DNA of 64,000 nucleotides, taken from contig NC_091999.1 in assembly GCF_044704955.1 (NCBI RefSeq), positions 21,700,001-21,764,000 of the forward strand, given 5' to 3'. The notes beneath the pieces were generated by a model. It was not told where the DNA came from, did not search any database, and saw only the letters and a program-made list of their open reading frames with translations. The DNA is from Pristiophorus japonicus. Lineage: Eukaryota. Below, piece by piece: positions 38,548-51,409 of this stretch. Positions within the stretch are counted from its first letter, which is position 1. Each line of letters opens with the position of its first letter. The translations under genes were made by a program, and so were the position numbers.

Positions 38548-39237
38548 ATACACTCCAGGAAATCCTCCTCCACAGTATTGCTACCAGTTTGGTTAGCCCA
38601 ATCAAATTATGGCTTAATGTCACCCATGATAACTTCTGTACCCTTATTGCACGTGTCCCTAATTTCCTGTTTGGTGCCATCCCCAAACTCCCTACTACTG
38701 TTTGACTGTCTGCACACAACTCCCACTAATGTTTTCTGCCCTTTGGTGTTTCGCAGCTGTATCCATATAGATAAAACATCATCCACGCTAATATCCTTCC
38801 TTACTATTGCGTTAATCTCCTCTTTAACCAGTAACACTACCCCACCTCCTTTTCCTTCCTGTCTGTCCTTCCTGAATATTGATTACCCATGGATGTTGAG
38901 TTCCCAGCCTTGGTTACCCTGGAGCCATGTCTCCGTAATCCCAATTACATCATATCTGTTCACAGCTACCTGCGCAGTCAATTCATCCACCTTATTACGA
39001 ATGCTTCTCGCACTGAGAATCCGAGCATTCAGGCTTGTTTTTTAACAGTCTTTGTCCTTTTAGAATCATGTTGTAGTGTGCCCTTTTGTAGGCCTTTTTT
39101 GATTTTTGTCCTTGATTTCTCTGCCCTCCACTCTTGCCTTTCCCCTTCCTACCTTTTGCTTCTGCCCCCTTTTTATTTCCCTCTGCCCCCCTGCACAGAT
39201 TCCCATTCCCCTGCCATTTTAGTTTAAAACCTGCCCA

Positions 39238-39528
39238 TTTAGAATCATAGATTTAGAATCATAGAATCATAGAAATTTACAGCACGGAAGGGGGCCATTT
39301 CAGCCCACCGTGTCCGTGCCGGCCGACACAGAGCTATGCAGCCTAATCCCACTCTCCTGCTCTTGGTCCGTTGCCCTGTAGCTTATGGCACTTTAAGTGC
39401 ACATCCAAGTACTTTTTAAATGTGCTGAGTGTTTCTGCTTCTACCAAATTTTCAGGCAGTGAGTTCCAGACCCCCACCAGTCTCTGGTTGAAGACATTTC
39501 CCCTCAAATCCCCTCTAAACCTCCTACC
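39238..39528 (-). mobile_element. CR1 3' tail
   Basis: (TAGAATCA)n tail on plus; similar to 53590-53860. Confidence 0.7.
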
Positions 39529-40275
39529 TGCAGAGGAAAGGAGTTCTGGAGCTTTGGGCCTAGGCAGCAGAAGGCAGGATCACCGATGGTTACGCGATTA
39601 TAATTACGGATCCTCAAGAGGGCAGAATTTGAGAAGCACAGATATATGGGGAGGGGGGTGGGCTTTTGAGGCTGACGGATATTACTGAGATAGGGAGGGA
39701 CGAGGCCACGGAGGGATTTGAAAATAAGCTGAGAATTTTGAAATTGATATGTTGCATACCAGGGAGCCAATGTATGTCACATGGATGATGGGTGAACAGG
39801 ATTTGGTGCGAGTTAGAACACGGCTGCAGAGTTTTGGATGAGCTCGGGTTTACTTAGTGTAGAACATGGGAGGCCAGCCAGGAGTGTGTTGGAATAGTCA
39901 AGTCGAGAGGTAACAAAGGCATGGTTGAGGGCTTCTGCAGCAGATGAGCTGTGGCAGTGGCGGAGACGGACAATGTTTTGGGGGTGGAAATAGGTGGTTT
40001 TGGTTAAGGTGCGGATATGTGCTCGGAAGCTCATTTCAGGGTGAAAGTTTGCGAACAGTCTCGTTCAGCCTCGGCCAGATGCTAGAGAGAGGGATGCAGT
40101 CAGTGAGGAGTGAATGGAGTTTGTGATGGGGACAAAAGACAATGGCTTCAGTCTTCCCAATATTTAATTGGGGAAGATTTCTGCTCACCTGGTACTGGAT
40201 GTTGTACAAGCAGTCTGACAATTTAGAGACTGTGGAGGGGTCGAGAGAAGTGGTGGTGAGTTACATCTGGGCCTC
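39529..40275 (-). mobile_element. L2-clade LINE fragment
   Basis: QLNIGKTEAIVF and AEALNHAFVTSRLDYSN motifs. Confidence 0.8.
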
Positions 40276-40277
40276 GT

Positions 40278-40972
40278 TAGAATCATAGAATGGTTACAGC
40301 AGAGAAGGAGGCCATTCGGCCTGTCGAACCCATGCCGGCTCTCTGCAAGAGCACTTCAGCTAGTCCCACTCACCTGCCTTTTCACTGTAGCCCGAAAAAT
40401 TTATCTCCATCAGATACATATCTAACTCCCTTTTGAAACCAGTGACTGAGTGAACCTCCACCATCCCTTCAGGCAGTGCATTCCAGATCCTAACCACTCG
40501 CTGTGTAAAAATGATTTTTCTCATGTTGCCTGTGGTTGTTTTGCCAATCACCTTAAATCTGTGTCCTCTGGTTCTCTAACCTTCCACCAATGGGAACAGT
40601 TTCCCTCTAACTACTCTGTCCAGACCACTCATGATTTTGAACACCTCTATCAAATCTTCTCTGCTCTAAGGAGAAAGCCCCAGCTTCTCCAGTTTATCCA
40701 CGTTACTGAAGGCCCTCATTCCTGGAAACATTATCGTACATCTTTTCTACACCCTCTCTAAGCCCTTCACATCCTTCCTAAAGTGCGGTGCCCAGAATTG
40801 GACACACTACTCCAGTTGAGGCCGAATGAATGTTTCATACATGTTCATTTTAATTTCCACACTTTTGTACTCTATCCCTCTATTCATGAAGCCCAAGCTC
40901 CCATAAGTTTTTTTAACTGCTTTCATAACCTGTCCTGCCACCTTCAACGATCTGTGCACATAAACCGTTAGA
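40278..40972 (-). mobile_element. CR1 3' fragment
   Basis: FTQRVVRIWNALP and RGIEYKS..RPQLE motifs. Confidence 0.85.
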
Positions 40973-40989
40973 GCTCTCAGATGTATTCT

Positions 40990-41326
40990 CGACCTGACAT
41001 CTGTCATACGCGCTCTTCTTCGGCTTCACCTTACTCCCAGGCCACATGTGATGTTCGCGGCCTAGATAAGTCCATGGGCCATGTATATATTCAGTGTGAG
41101 AGGTTGCAGCCCCTGAATAGTTACCTGAAGTGGCTGCTCCTCAACTCTTGGTTACACTTTAGCCCCGTGTTCCAAATCTTTGTCCGCCTGGTGCAGAGGG
41201 GGGTGGGTAAGACGGAGGATCTTCTCCTGGACCTGTTCTTGGGCCTGGCTCAAACAGCAACTTGTAGGTCCGGCGTGGGCGAGGCCCACAGGTGGATCAC
41301 TCTAGCTGCCTGCCTCTCTTCCACGG
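40990..41326 (+). mobile_element. Old, diverged Tx1 ORF2 C-terminal fragment
   Basis: HVYIQCERLQPLNSYLKWLLLNSWLHFSP aligns with HVFIECTRLQPLFHYLKGLLLKFWLHFSP. Confidence 0.75.
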
Positions 41327-42685
41327 TCAAGAAAGGAGGGAGAGAGAAAACGGGAAACTACAGAACAGTTAACCTGACATCAGTCCTTGGGAAAATCCTG
41401 GAATCCATTACTACAGAAGTGGTAACAGAGCTTTTAGAAAATCATGGTATGATTAGGCAGAGTCAACATGAATTTATGAAAGGTAATCGTGTTTAATACA
41501 GTTATTAATTTTTTTGAGGATGTAACTAGCAGGGTGGATGAAGAGGAACCAGTGGATGTAATATTTTAGAATTTCCAAAAAGCATTTGATGTGCCACATG
41601 AAATGCAACTTAAGAGCTGATGGAGTTGGGGGTAATATATTAATATGGTTAGAGGATTGGTTAACGGATGGAAAACAGAGAGTAGGGATAAACGGGTCAT
41701 TTTCCAGTTGGGAGGCTGTGACTAGTGGGGTGCCAGCGCTTTACTTGAACTATTTACAGTCTATATTAATGACCAAGTGCATTGTATACATGATTGCTGA
41801 CGATTCAAAGCCAGAAGGGAAAGTACGTTGTGAGGAGGACGCAAAGAGCTGCAGAGGGATATGGACAGGTTAAGTGAGTGGGCAGTAAGGTGGCAGATGG
41901 AGTATAATGTGGGGAAATGTGAGGTTATTCACTTTGTTAGCAAGAATAGAAAAACAGAATATTTTATTAATGGTGAAAAACTAATAAATGTTAGTGTTCA
42001 GAGAGATTTAGGTGTCCTTGCACAGAAAACTCAGAGAGCTGGCATGCAGGTCCAGCAAGCAATTAGGAAGGCATGTTGGCCTTGATTGCCAGGTGGTTGG
42101 AGTACAAGAATTACAAAGTCTTGATACAATTGTAAAAGGCCTTGGTGAGACCACACCTGCAGTGTAGTGCACATTTCTGGTCTCCTTATTCTGAGGGAGT
42201 GCAACAAAGGTTTGTCAGATTGATTAACGGGATGGGGGATTCTCCTATGAGGAGAGATTGAGAATAACGGGCCTATACTCTCTGGTGTTAATATGAACGA
42301 GAGGTGATTTCATTGAAACATATACAATTCTGAGGGGGGTTGAAAGGGTAGTGCTGAGAGGTTGTTTCCTCCGGCTGGAAAGGCTGGAACTAGGAGGCAT
42401 AGTCTCAGGATAAGGGGTAGGCCATATAAGACTGAGATGAGGAGGAATGTCCGCACTCAGAGATTTGCACATATTTGGAATTATCTACCCCAAAGGATTG
42501 TGAGTGCTGAGGTGTTGAATATAGTCAAGAATGAGACAGGTAGAATTTTGGAATCTCGGGAAATCAAAAGATATAGAGAGAGGGCAAGAAAGTGGAGTTA
42601 TGGTCAATGATCAACCATGATCTTATTAAATGACGGAGCAGGCTCGAGGGGCTGTATGGCCTATTCCTGTGCCAAATTCTTGTGG
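41327..42685 (+). mobile_element. Degenerate CR1 RT-to-3' end
   Basis: KKGGREKTGNYR, WQMEYNVGKCEVIHF, 3' UTR. Confidence 0.88.
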
Positions 42686-42889
42686 TCTTTTGTGTTGTCG
42701 GTGCCCGGATGGCCCTGGACAGAGAGCATGCATTGTGCACTTGTTCCTTAATCCCTTCTGCGACCAGTGGTACCTCAGGGTATGGAGGGTCTCATACATA
42801 CTGGGAATTACATTCAGGTTTCATTGGGAAGGTTCCCTTTGCTTTTGTTGCTTATGTTGCCTTATTCTAGTTTGATTGGAACACATGTT

Positions 42890-43257
42890 TGTGAGAACGA
42901 GAGAGGAAAGAATATTCCATAGGAACTAGAATTGTCTGTTTTGATTTTCTATCCTGGACTTTTGTAAACTCCTTTTTCGCGTGTTAGAAGGGGAGGATTT
43001 ACTGACGAGAAATTGAAACCAATCAAGATCTGACAGTCACTCGATTCATCAGGACCTGAATATCATGAGCCTTTGAATGTGGAAGAAGAAATGTTTGCCT
43101 GTTCTGTCCGTGGGAAAATATTTCAAACATCAGTGTGACTGGAAAATCACCGAGACATGCACACACACCCGAGTGAGAATGTTCAAATGAAATGACTGTG
43201 GAAAGAGTTTTAATCTTTTAAAGTGTCTGAGAAATATTCCACCATTCGCAGCGGGGA
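42890..43257 (+). pseudogene. ZNF cassette remnant (intron end, leader and two decayed fingers)
   Basis: Homologous to 21670-22050 (gatctgacagtcactcgat.catcaggacctgaatatcat; tttcaaacatcagtgtgactggaaaa); acceptor AG mutated. Confidence 0.8.
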
Positions 43258-43690
43258 GTTCTACACTCACTGGTTCCCCTCCCCTGAATGTACTCACTCT
43301 GGCTGGGTTCAGTTCTGCACTCACTGGTTCCCCTCCCCTGAGGGTACTGACTCTGGCTGGGTTCAGTTCTACACTCACTGGTTCCCCTCCCCTGAAGGTA
43401 CTGACTCTGGCTGGGTTCAGTTCTACACTCACGGGTTCCCCTCCCCTGAAGGTACTGACTCTGACTGGGTTCAGTTCTACACTCACTGGTTCCCCTCCCC
43501 TGAAGGTACTGACTCTGGCTGGTTTCAGTTCTACACTCACTGGTTCCCCTCCCCTGAAGGTACTGACTCTGGCTGGGTTCAGTTCTACACTCACTGGCTC
43601 CCCTCCCCTGAAGGTGCTGACTCTGGCTGGGTTCAGCTCAACAATCACTGGTTCCCCTCCCTCTTTGCCCCTGAAGGTGCCGGCTCTGTC
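43257..43690 (-). repeat. 54-bp minisatellite, about 8 highly homogeneous units
   Basis: (RVSTFRGGEPVSVELNPA)n periodicity. Confidence 0.95.
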
Positions 43691-43904
43691 TCCATTCCTC
43701 TTCCCAATACTCTGTCTTTCACTATAAGCTTTCGCTCTGTAATTTTGGTGAGGTGCTCTCCTCAACTAATCACCAATGTGCGGTTATTTACAGACTGTCC
43801 ATGATTCCCTTCCTGTCCTGGAGTTTGCCATGGGGCCGCTTTTTTGAGCTTCGGGCTGAAACATTGCAGGAGAAACCGGGAACTGGCGGCTGAGGGGTGG
43901 ATAA

Positions 43905-44585
43905 TGTTAGATAGAGAGTAAAGCTCCATCTTCACTGCCCCAGCAAACACAACCAGGGTACGTACAGCACGGGGCTAGGTACAGATAAAGCTCCCTCTAC
44001 TCTGTCCCATCAAACACTCCCAGGGCAGGTAAGCACGGAGTTAGATACAGAGTAAAACTCCCTCTACACTACCACATCAAACACTCCCAGGGTCGGTACA
44101 GCACGTGTTAGATACGGAGTAAAGCTCCTCTACACTGTCCCATCAAACACTCCAAGGACACGAACAGCACGGGTTTAGATACAGAGTAAAAATCAATCTG
44201 CAATGTCCCATCGGACATCCCAGGGCTGGTACAGCACGGGGTTAGATACAGAGTACAGCTCCCTCTACACTGCACCATCGAAACTTCCAAGACACATACA
44301 GCACGGGATTAGATACAGAGTAAAACTCCCTCTACACTGTCCCATCAAACACTCCCACGGCAGGTACAGCACGGGTTAGATACAGAGCAAAACTCCATAT
44401 ACACTGGCCCATGAAACACTAACCAGGGCAGGTACAGCACGCATTAGATACAAAGCAAAGCTCCATCTACACTGCCCCAACAAACATTCCCTGGGCAGGT
44501 ACAGCACGGGGTTAGATACAGAGTAAAGTTCCCTCTGCACTGTCCCATCAAACACTCCCAGGAAAGCTACTGCACGGGTTAGATA
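43905..44585 (+). repeat. 67-bp satellite, about 10 units
   Basis: Same unit as 17500-18548. Confidence 0.93.
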
Positions 44586-45362
44586 CTGACACCAATCCCC
44601 ACCTGTCTGATATAAACCAACCCCACAGTCACTGACACCAATCCCCTCCTGTCTGATATAAACCCACCCCACTGTCACTGACACCAATCACCTTTTGTCT
44701 GATAAACCAACCTCACAGTCACTGACACCAATCCCCTCCTGTCTGATATAAACCCACCCCACAGTCACTGACACCAATCCACTCCTGTCTGGTATAAACC
44801 CACCCCACAGTCACTGATAACAACCCCCTCCTGTTCGATATAAATCAACCCTACAGTCACTGACACCAATCCCCTCCTGTCTGATATAAACCATCCCCAC
44901 AGTCACTGACACCAATCCCCTCCTGTCTGATATATACCAACCCCACAGTCACTGACACCAATCCTCTCCTGCCTGATATAAACCAACCCCACAGTCACTG
45001 ACACTAATCCCCTCCTGTCTGATATAAACCCAACCCACAGTCACTAACACCAATCCCCTCCTGTCTGATATAAACCAACCCCACAGTCACTGACAGCAAT
45101 CTCCTCCTATCTGATATAAACCAACCCCACAGTCACTGACACCAATCCCCTACTGTCTGATATAAACCCACTCCACAGTCACTGACACCAATCCCTTCCT
45201 GTCTGATATAAACCCACCTCACAGTCACTGACACCAATCTCCTCCTGTCTGATATAAACCAACCCCACAGTCACTGACACCAATCCCCTCCTGTCTGATA
45301 TAAACTTGCCCCACGGTCACTGACATCAATCCCCTCCTGTCTGATATAAACGAGCCCCACAG
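44585..45362 (+). repeat. 46-bp satellite, about 17 units
   Basis: Unit ACTGACACCAATCCCCTCCTGTCTGATATAAACCAACCCCACAGTC. Confidence 0.95.
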
Positions 45363-45409
45363 GCCCAGAAGGATTAAACTCAGCCCGTTACTTGGATTGT
45401 ACTTGTCTC

Positions 45410-48400
45410 CAGAGCTTGGAGTGCTGCAGCATAAAATGGCATTTGTGAGTTTGGTAATTGGGTGAGTTTTAAGGGTTATTCTCTTTAAATCATTTGGAGG
45501 CTGGAGTAAATTTTTAGTGGCAATTGCCAGTAGCTTCTAAGTAAGTAGCAGTTTAATTTAAAAGGGAAACGTTAAACAGTTGGGAATCTTTCAGATTTCG
45601 GCAGAGAAAAACAAGGTAACTGTCCAGTAGGAGGCAATTCGCAGTTAGTTAAAATCAGTTCTACAAACGACTGACCAGTAGTGAGTCATCTGACCTGGAT
45701 ACAGTTTAAAAAGAGGCAGCTCGTGCAGTGCACCGAGTGCAGCAGCATAGAGTGGCATTTGTGAGTTTGGTAACTGGGTGAGTTCGGGCAATTTGGGGTG
45801 GCTGGTGCTGTTTTGTCTTATTTTTCCTACCAGTGCTGACACTAGTGCAGCTGACAAGGAGTGCGAGAATAGGAGACGGAGGCCCAGAGTCAAGCCCAAC
45901 CAGCTGCAGATAAAGATACAATGGTGTGAAATCGAAAGGTGACGTCACAGCCTAGCTGGTAAGTGATTGGCTGTTCGACTGGTAAGTATAACTCTCTTTT
46001 AGACTAACTTTTAGATTGGTTTAATTGGCAGCGAACTGCTAAGCAGCTGTTTGGTCTTTAAGTAAATTTTAGTAAGTAAATTAATTTAAGGGTTAAGTCA
46101 TGGCAGGAGAGCTCGGACCCGTGTCATGCTCCTCCTGTGCTATGTGGGAAATCAGGGGCGCTTCCAGTGTCCCTGACTACTATGTGTGCAGGAAGTGTGT
46201 CCAGCTGCAGCTCCTGACAGACCACATGATGGCATTGGAGCTGCGGATGGACTCACTCTGGAGCATGCGCGATGCTGAGAATGTTGTGGATAGCACATTT
46301 AGTGAGTTCGTCACACTGCAGGTAAGGGTTAGGATAGATAGTGAATGGGTGACCAAGAGACAAGGCAAGAGCAGGAAGGTACTGCAGGAGTCCCGTGCGG
46401 TCATCTCCTCCAAAAAAAATATACCATGTTGAATAATGTTGGGGGAGATGACTTACCAGGGGAAGGCACCAGCAGCCAGGTTCATGGCACCCTGGGTGGC
46501 TCTGCTGCACAGAAAGGCGGGAAAAAGAGTGGGAGTGCTAAAGTGATAGGGAACTCTATGGGAATAGATAGGAGTTTCTGCGGCTGCAATTGAGACTCCA
46601 GGATTGTATGTTGCCTCCCTGGTGCAAGGGTCAAGGATGTCTCGGAGCGGCTGCAGAGCTTTCTGGAGAGGGAGGGTGAACACCAGTTGTCGTGGTGCAT
46701 GTAGGCACCAAGGATATAGTTAAGAAGCAGGAAGAGGTCCTACAAGCTGAATTTCGGGAGCTAGGAGTTAAATTAAAAAGTAGGACCTCAAAGGTAGGAA
46801 TCTCTGGATTGCTACCAGTGCCACGTGCTAATCAGAGTAGAGGGAGCAGGATAGTTAGAATAAATACGTGGCTTGAGCAGTGGTGCAAGAGGGAGGGATT
46901 CAAAATCCTGGGACTTTGGAACCAGTTCTGGGGGAAGTGGGACCTGTACAAAAGGGACAGTCTGCACTTGGGCAGGACTGGAACTGATGTTCTAGGGGTA
47001 ACATTTGCTAATGCAATTCGGGAGTGTTTAAACTAATATAGAAGGGGGATGGGAACTTATGCAGCGAGACAGGGCGAATTAATATGGAGCCAGAAACAGA
47101 CGGTAGAAAGGTAAAAAGCAATAGTGGAAGGCCGAGTAAATAAAGGCAAGAAAGAAAAAGGGCCACACTACATCATAATTCTAAAAGGACAAAGGGTGTT
47201 ACAAATAACCAGCGTGAAGGCTTTGTGTTTTAATGCAAGGAGTATCCGTAATAAAGTGGATGAATTAACTGTGCAAATAGATGTTAACGGATATGATGTG
47301 ATTGGGATTACAGAGCCGTGGCTCCAGAATGATCAGAGCTGGGAACTCAACTTCCAAGGGTATTCAACATTCAGGAAGGATAGAATAAAAGGAAAAGGTG
47401 GTGGGGTAGAATTGCTGGTCAAAGAGGAGATTAATGCAATAGTTAGGAAGGACATTAGCTTGTGATGTGGAATCTATATGATTAGAGCTGCAGAACACCA
47501 AAGGGCAATATATATTCGTGGGAGTTGTCTACAGACCTCCAAACAGTAGCAGTGATGTTGGGGAGGGATTCAAACAGGAAATTAGGGGTGCATGCAATAA
47601 AGGTGCAGCAGTTATCATGGGTAACTTTAATATGCATATATATTGAGCTAACCAAACTGGAAGCAATACGGTGGAGGAAGATTTCCTGGCATGCATAAGG
47701 GATGGTTTTCTAGACCTATATGTCGAGGAACCGACTAGGGGGGAGGCCATCTTAGACTTGATGTTGTGTAATGAGAGAGGATTAATTAGCAATCTCGTTG
47801 TGCGAGGCCCTTTGAGAAAGAGTGACCATAATATGGTGGAATTCTACATTAGGATGGAGAATAAAACAGTTAATTCAGAGACCATTGTGCAGAACTTAAA
47901 GAAGGGTAACTTTGAAGGTATGAGGCGTGAATTGGCTGGGCTAGATTGGCAAATTATACTTAAGGGGTTGACTGTGGATGGGCAATGGCAGACATTTAGA
48001 GACCACATGGATGAACTGCAACAATAGTACATCCCTGTCTGGCATAAAAATAAAAAAGGGAAGGTGGCTCAACCGTGGCTGTCAAGGGAAATCAGGGATA
48101 GTATTAAAGCCAAAGATGTGGCACACAAATTGGCCAGAAATAGTAGCGAACCCGGGACTGGGAGAAATTTAGAACTCAGCAGAGGAGGACAAAGGGTTTG
48201 ATTAGGGTAGGTAAAATAGAGTACACGAGGAAGCTTACAAGGAACATTAAGGCGGACTGCAAACACGTCTCTAGATATGTAACGAGAAAAAGGTTAGTAA
48301 AGACAAGCGTAGGTACCCTGCAGTCAGAATCAGGGGAAGTCATAACGGGGAACAAAGAAATGGCAGATCAATTGAAACATAGAAAGAAAGAAAATAGGTG

Positions 48401-50223
48401 CAGGAGTAGGCCATTCGGCCCTTCTAGCCTGCACCGCCATTCAATGAGTTCATGGCTGTAAATGAAACTTCAGTACCCCTTCCTGCTATAGAACAAGTAC
48501 TTTGGTTTGGTATTCACTAAGGAGTACACAAACAACCTTCCGGATATAAACGGGGTCAGATGATCTAGTAAGAAGGAGGAACTGAGGGAAATCCTTATTA
48601 GTCGGGAAATTGTGTTGGGGAAATTGATGGGATTGAAGGCAGATAAATTCCCAGGACCTGATGGACTGCATCCCAGAGTACTTAAAGAGGTGGCCTTGGA
48701 AATAGCGGATGCATTGACAGATATTTTCCAACTTCCATAGACTCAGGATCAGTTCCTATGGAATGGAGGGTAGCCAATGTAACCCCACTTTTTAAAAAAG
48801 GAGGGAGAGAGAAAACAGGGAATTGTAGACCAGTCAGCCTGACATCGGTAGTGTGTAAAATGATGGACTCAATTATTAAGGATGTCATAACAGCGCATTT
48901 GGAAAGAGGTGACATGATAGGTCCAAGTCAGCATGGATTTGTGAAAGGGAAATCATGCTTGACAAATCTTCTGGAATTTTGTGAGGATATTCCCAGTAGA
49001 GTGGACAAGGGAGAACGAGTTGATGTGGTGTATTTGGTCTTTCAGAAGGCTTACAACAAGGTCCCACACAAGAGCAAAGTTAAAGCACATGGGATTGAGG
49101 GTAGTGAGCTGACGTGCACTGAGAACTGGTTGCCAGACAGGAAGCAAAGAGTAGGAGTAAATGGGTACTTTTCAGTATGGCATGCAGTGACTAGTGGGGT
49201 ACCGCAAGGTTCTGTGCTGGGGCTCCAGCTGTTTAAATTGTACATTAATGATTTAGACGAGGGGATTAAATGTCGTATCTCCAATTTTGCGGATCATACT
49301 AAGTTGGGTGGCAGTGTGAGCTGTGAGGAGGATGCTATGAGGCTGCAGAGTTACTTGGATAGGTTTGGTGAGTGGGCAAATGCATGGCAGATGAAGTACA
49401 ATGTGCATAAATGTGAGATTATCCACTTTGGTGGTAAAATCAGAGAGACAGACTATTATCTGAATGGTGACAGATTAGGAAAAGGGGAGGTGCAACGAGA
49501 CTTGTGTGGCATGGTACATCAGTCATTGAAGGTTGGCATGCAGGTACAGAAGGCGGTTAAGAAAGCAAATGGCATGTTGGCCTTCATAGCGAGGGGATTT
49601 GAGTACAGGGGCAGGAATGTGTTACTATAGTTGCACAGGGCTTTGGTGAGGCCACACCTGGAGTATTGTGTACAGTTTTGGTCTCCAAACTTGAGGAAGG
49701 ACATTCTTGCTATTGAGGGAGTGCAGCGAAGATTCACCAGACTGATTCCTGGGATGGCGGGACTGACATATCAAGAAAGACTGGATCAACTGGGCTTGTA
49801 TTCACTGAAGTTCAGAAGAATGAGAGGGGATCTCATAGAAATGTTTAAACTGTTGACGGGTTAAAACAGGTTGGATGCAGGAAGAATGTTCAAAAATGTT
49901 GGGGAAGTCCAGAACCAGGGGTCACAGTCTAAGGATAAGGGGTAAGCCATTTAGGACCGAGATGAGAAGCAACGTCTTCACCTAAAGAGTGGTGAACCTG
50001 TGGAATTCTCTACCAGAGAAAGTTGTTGAGGCCAATTCACTAAATATACTCAAAAAGGTGTTAGATGTAGTCCTTACTACTTTTGGGAAAAAGGTATAAA
50101 GCGAGAAAACAGGAATGGGGTACTGAAGTTGCATGTTCAGCTATGAACTCATTGAATTGCGGTGCAGGATCGAAGGGCCGAATGGCCTACTCCTGCACCT
50201 ATTTTCTATGTTTCTATGTTTCT
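45410..50223 (+). mobile_element. Essentially full-length CR1 LINE (5' UTR, ORF1, ORF2, tail), inactivated
   Basis: ORF1 46100-47036, ORF2 ~47190-50120, (TTTCTATG)n tail; same subfamily as 19173-21413; 5' boundary approximate. Confidence 0.93.
46100..47036 (+). pseudogene. CR1 ORF1 (C4 zinc finger/coiled coil plus SGNH-type esterase), frameshifted
   Basis: CSSC...CRKC; VIGNS (GDS block), CCLPGARV, VVHVGTKD (GxND block), DSLHL (DxxH block). Confidence 0.85.
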
Positions 50224-50639
50224 TTTCCCCTGCCGAGAAGATTGATGCACCAGACGGAGGGGCAACATTTGGGACATTGATTCTCCATCAATTCCCATTT
50301 CCCTTCTTTCTGGTAGATAATGGAGGGGCCGCTGTGTGTAATGTACAAGTCAGTAAGCATTGTCAGCAAGGATTAATCAGCACTTTCTAATTGGAGATGT
50401 GCATCAGTGAAACCTTTCAGACACTGAATTATAGATATTGTACCAAAGATCAATTTAGGATTGAAGGAAAAGTTTATAAATTTAGTTGTAAACACATTTC
50501 TGAAGAGCATTCTGAGGAACAGTCATCAAACTGAAGCTTTAACTCTGTTTCTCTCCAAAAAGGCTGCCTGACCCGCTGAGATTATCAGCATTTTCTGTTT
50601 TTATTTCAGATTCCAGGACAGAACAGTTCAGGACGTGAC

Positions 50640-51050
50640 ATTCCAGGATACTCACAGACAGAACACACACATATTTATCCTTCCACATTCACAGGCCGAT
50701 TATATTCAGATCCTGATTACTCGAGTGACTCTTGACGCGATGTTTGGTTCGAGTTCCCTTTCTCCAAATCCTCTCCTTCTAATACCCTGTAAAAGGAGTT
50801 TTCAAAATACATCACTGTAAGGACAGGATATAAATTCAGAACAGACAATTCTCGTTTCTATGGAACATTCTTTCCTCTCTTATTCCCCCAAACCTGTAAA
50901 TCCCCGTCACACACACTCTCCTTCTTCCCTGTGCTGAAATCCAAACCCATTTCACCATCTCCGACGTTTCTTTCCTGCACTCCCAGTTTTTTCCTTCCCT
51001 CTGCTCTGGATGGGTTCCGTTCTTCACCCGCTGTGTGCAGAGCGAGAATA
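50640..51050 (-). pseudogene. ZNF cassette remnant D (intron, acceptor, leader; finger array deleted)
   Basis: Reverse complement matches 21565-21905, with an intact tttacag|ggtattagaagg acceptor near 50787. Confidence 0.75.
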
Positions 51051-51084
51051 AGATCAATGAGTCAATGATTTTATCTCCTGGTCA

Positions 51085-51375
51085 CTGGGACACGAAATCC
51101 CTGCCCTCTCTTCATTCCAGTACCAAGATGGCCGCACTGCGAGGGGAACCATTAGCTCTTTCCTTCACCAAGATGGCTGTCCGTAACGGGCCTGTCACCA
51201 ATAAAAAGCCTCACGGGCGCCGTCGGATGGAACATAGACCGGGCCGCTGGTTCACTTTCAGGCCTTGAGCCTGTTCTCCAACATTATAAATCGTGTGGTG
51301 CGGCCTACCCGCAGTTTATTAATCACCCGCTCCCGCCCGCCAACACTATTTTGCTTGTGTTTTATTGCCCGCGTT
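51085..51375 (-). promoter_or_regulatory. CpG/YY1 promoter of cassette D
   Basis: CAAGATGGCCG (~51124) and CAAGATGGCTG (~51169); similar layout to 5050-5220. Confidence 0.55.
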
Positions 51376-51409
51376 GCTCAAGATCCAAATCTGGAAACAC
51401 AGAATGAGC

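Larger units (their letters stand above)
30540..39235 (-). mobile_element. CR1 LINE (outer host), whole ORF2, interrupted at ~30798-35835 and 37968-38547
   Basis: 3' tail at 30540-30797 resumes at ~35836 (cttaccc...); 431-aa ORF 36597..37892; APE N-terminal region at 38550-39040. Confidence 0.88.

Noticed and set aside
43130-43804. Repetitive-protein ORFs of 193-211 aa (also 4527-5031 and 24864-25818)
   Set aside because: They arise from stop-poor satellite units open in several frames; there is no independent coding evidence.
44585-45362. CRISPR-like array (also considered for the 37-, 54- and 67-bp arrays)
   Set aside because: Units are contiguous near-identical repeats with no unique spacers, there are no cas genes, and the context is eukaryotic.
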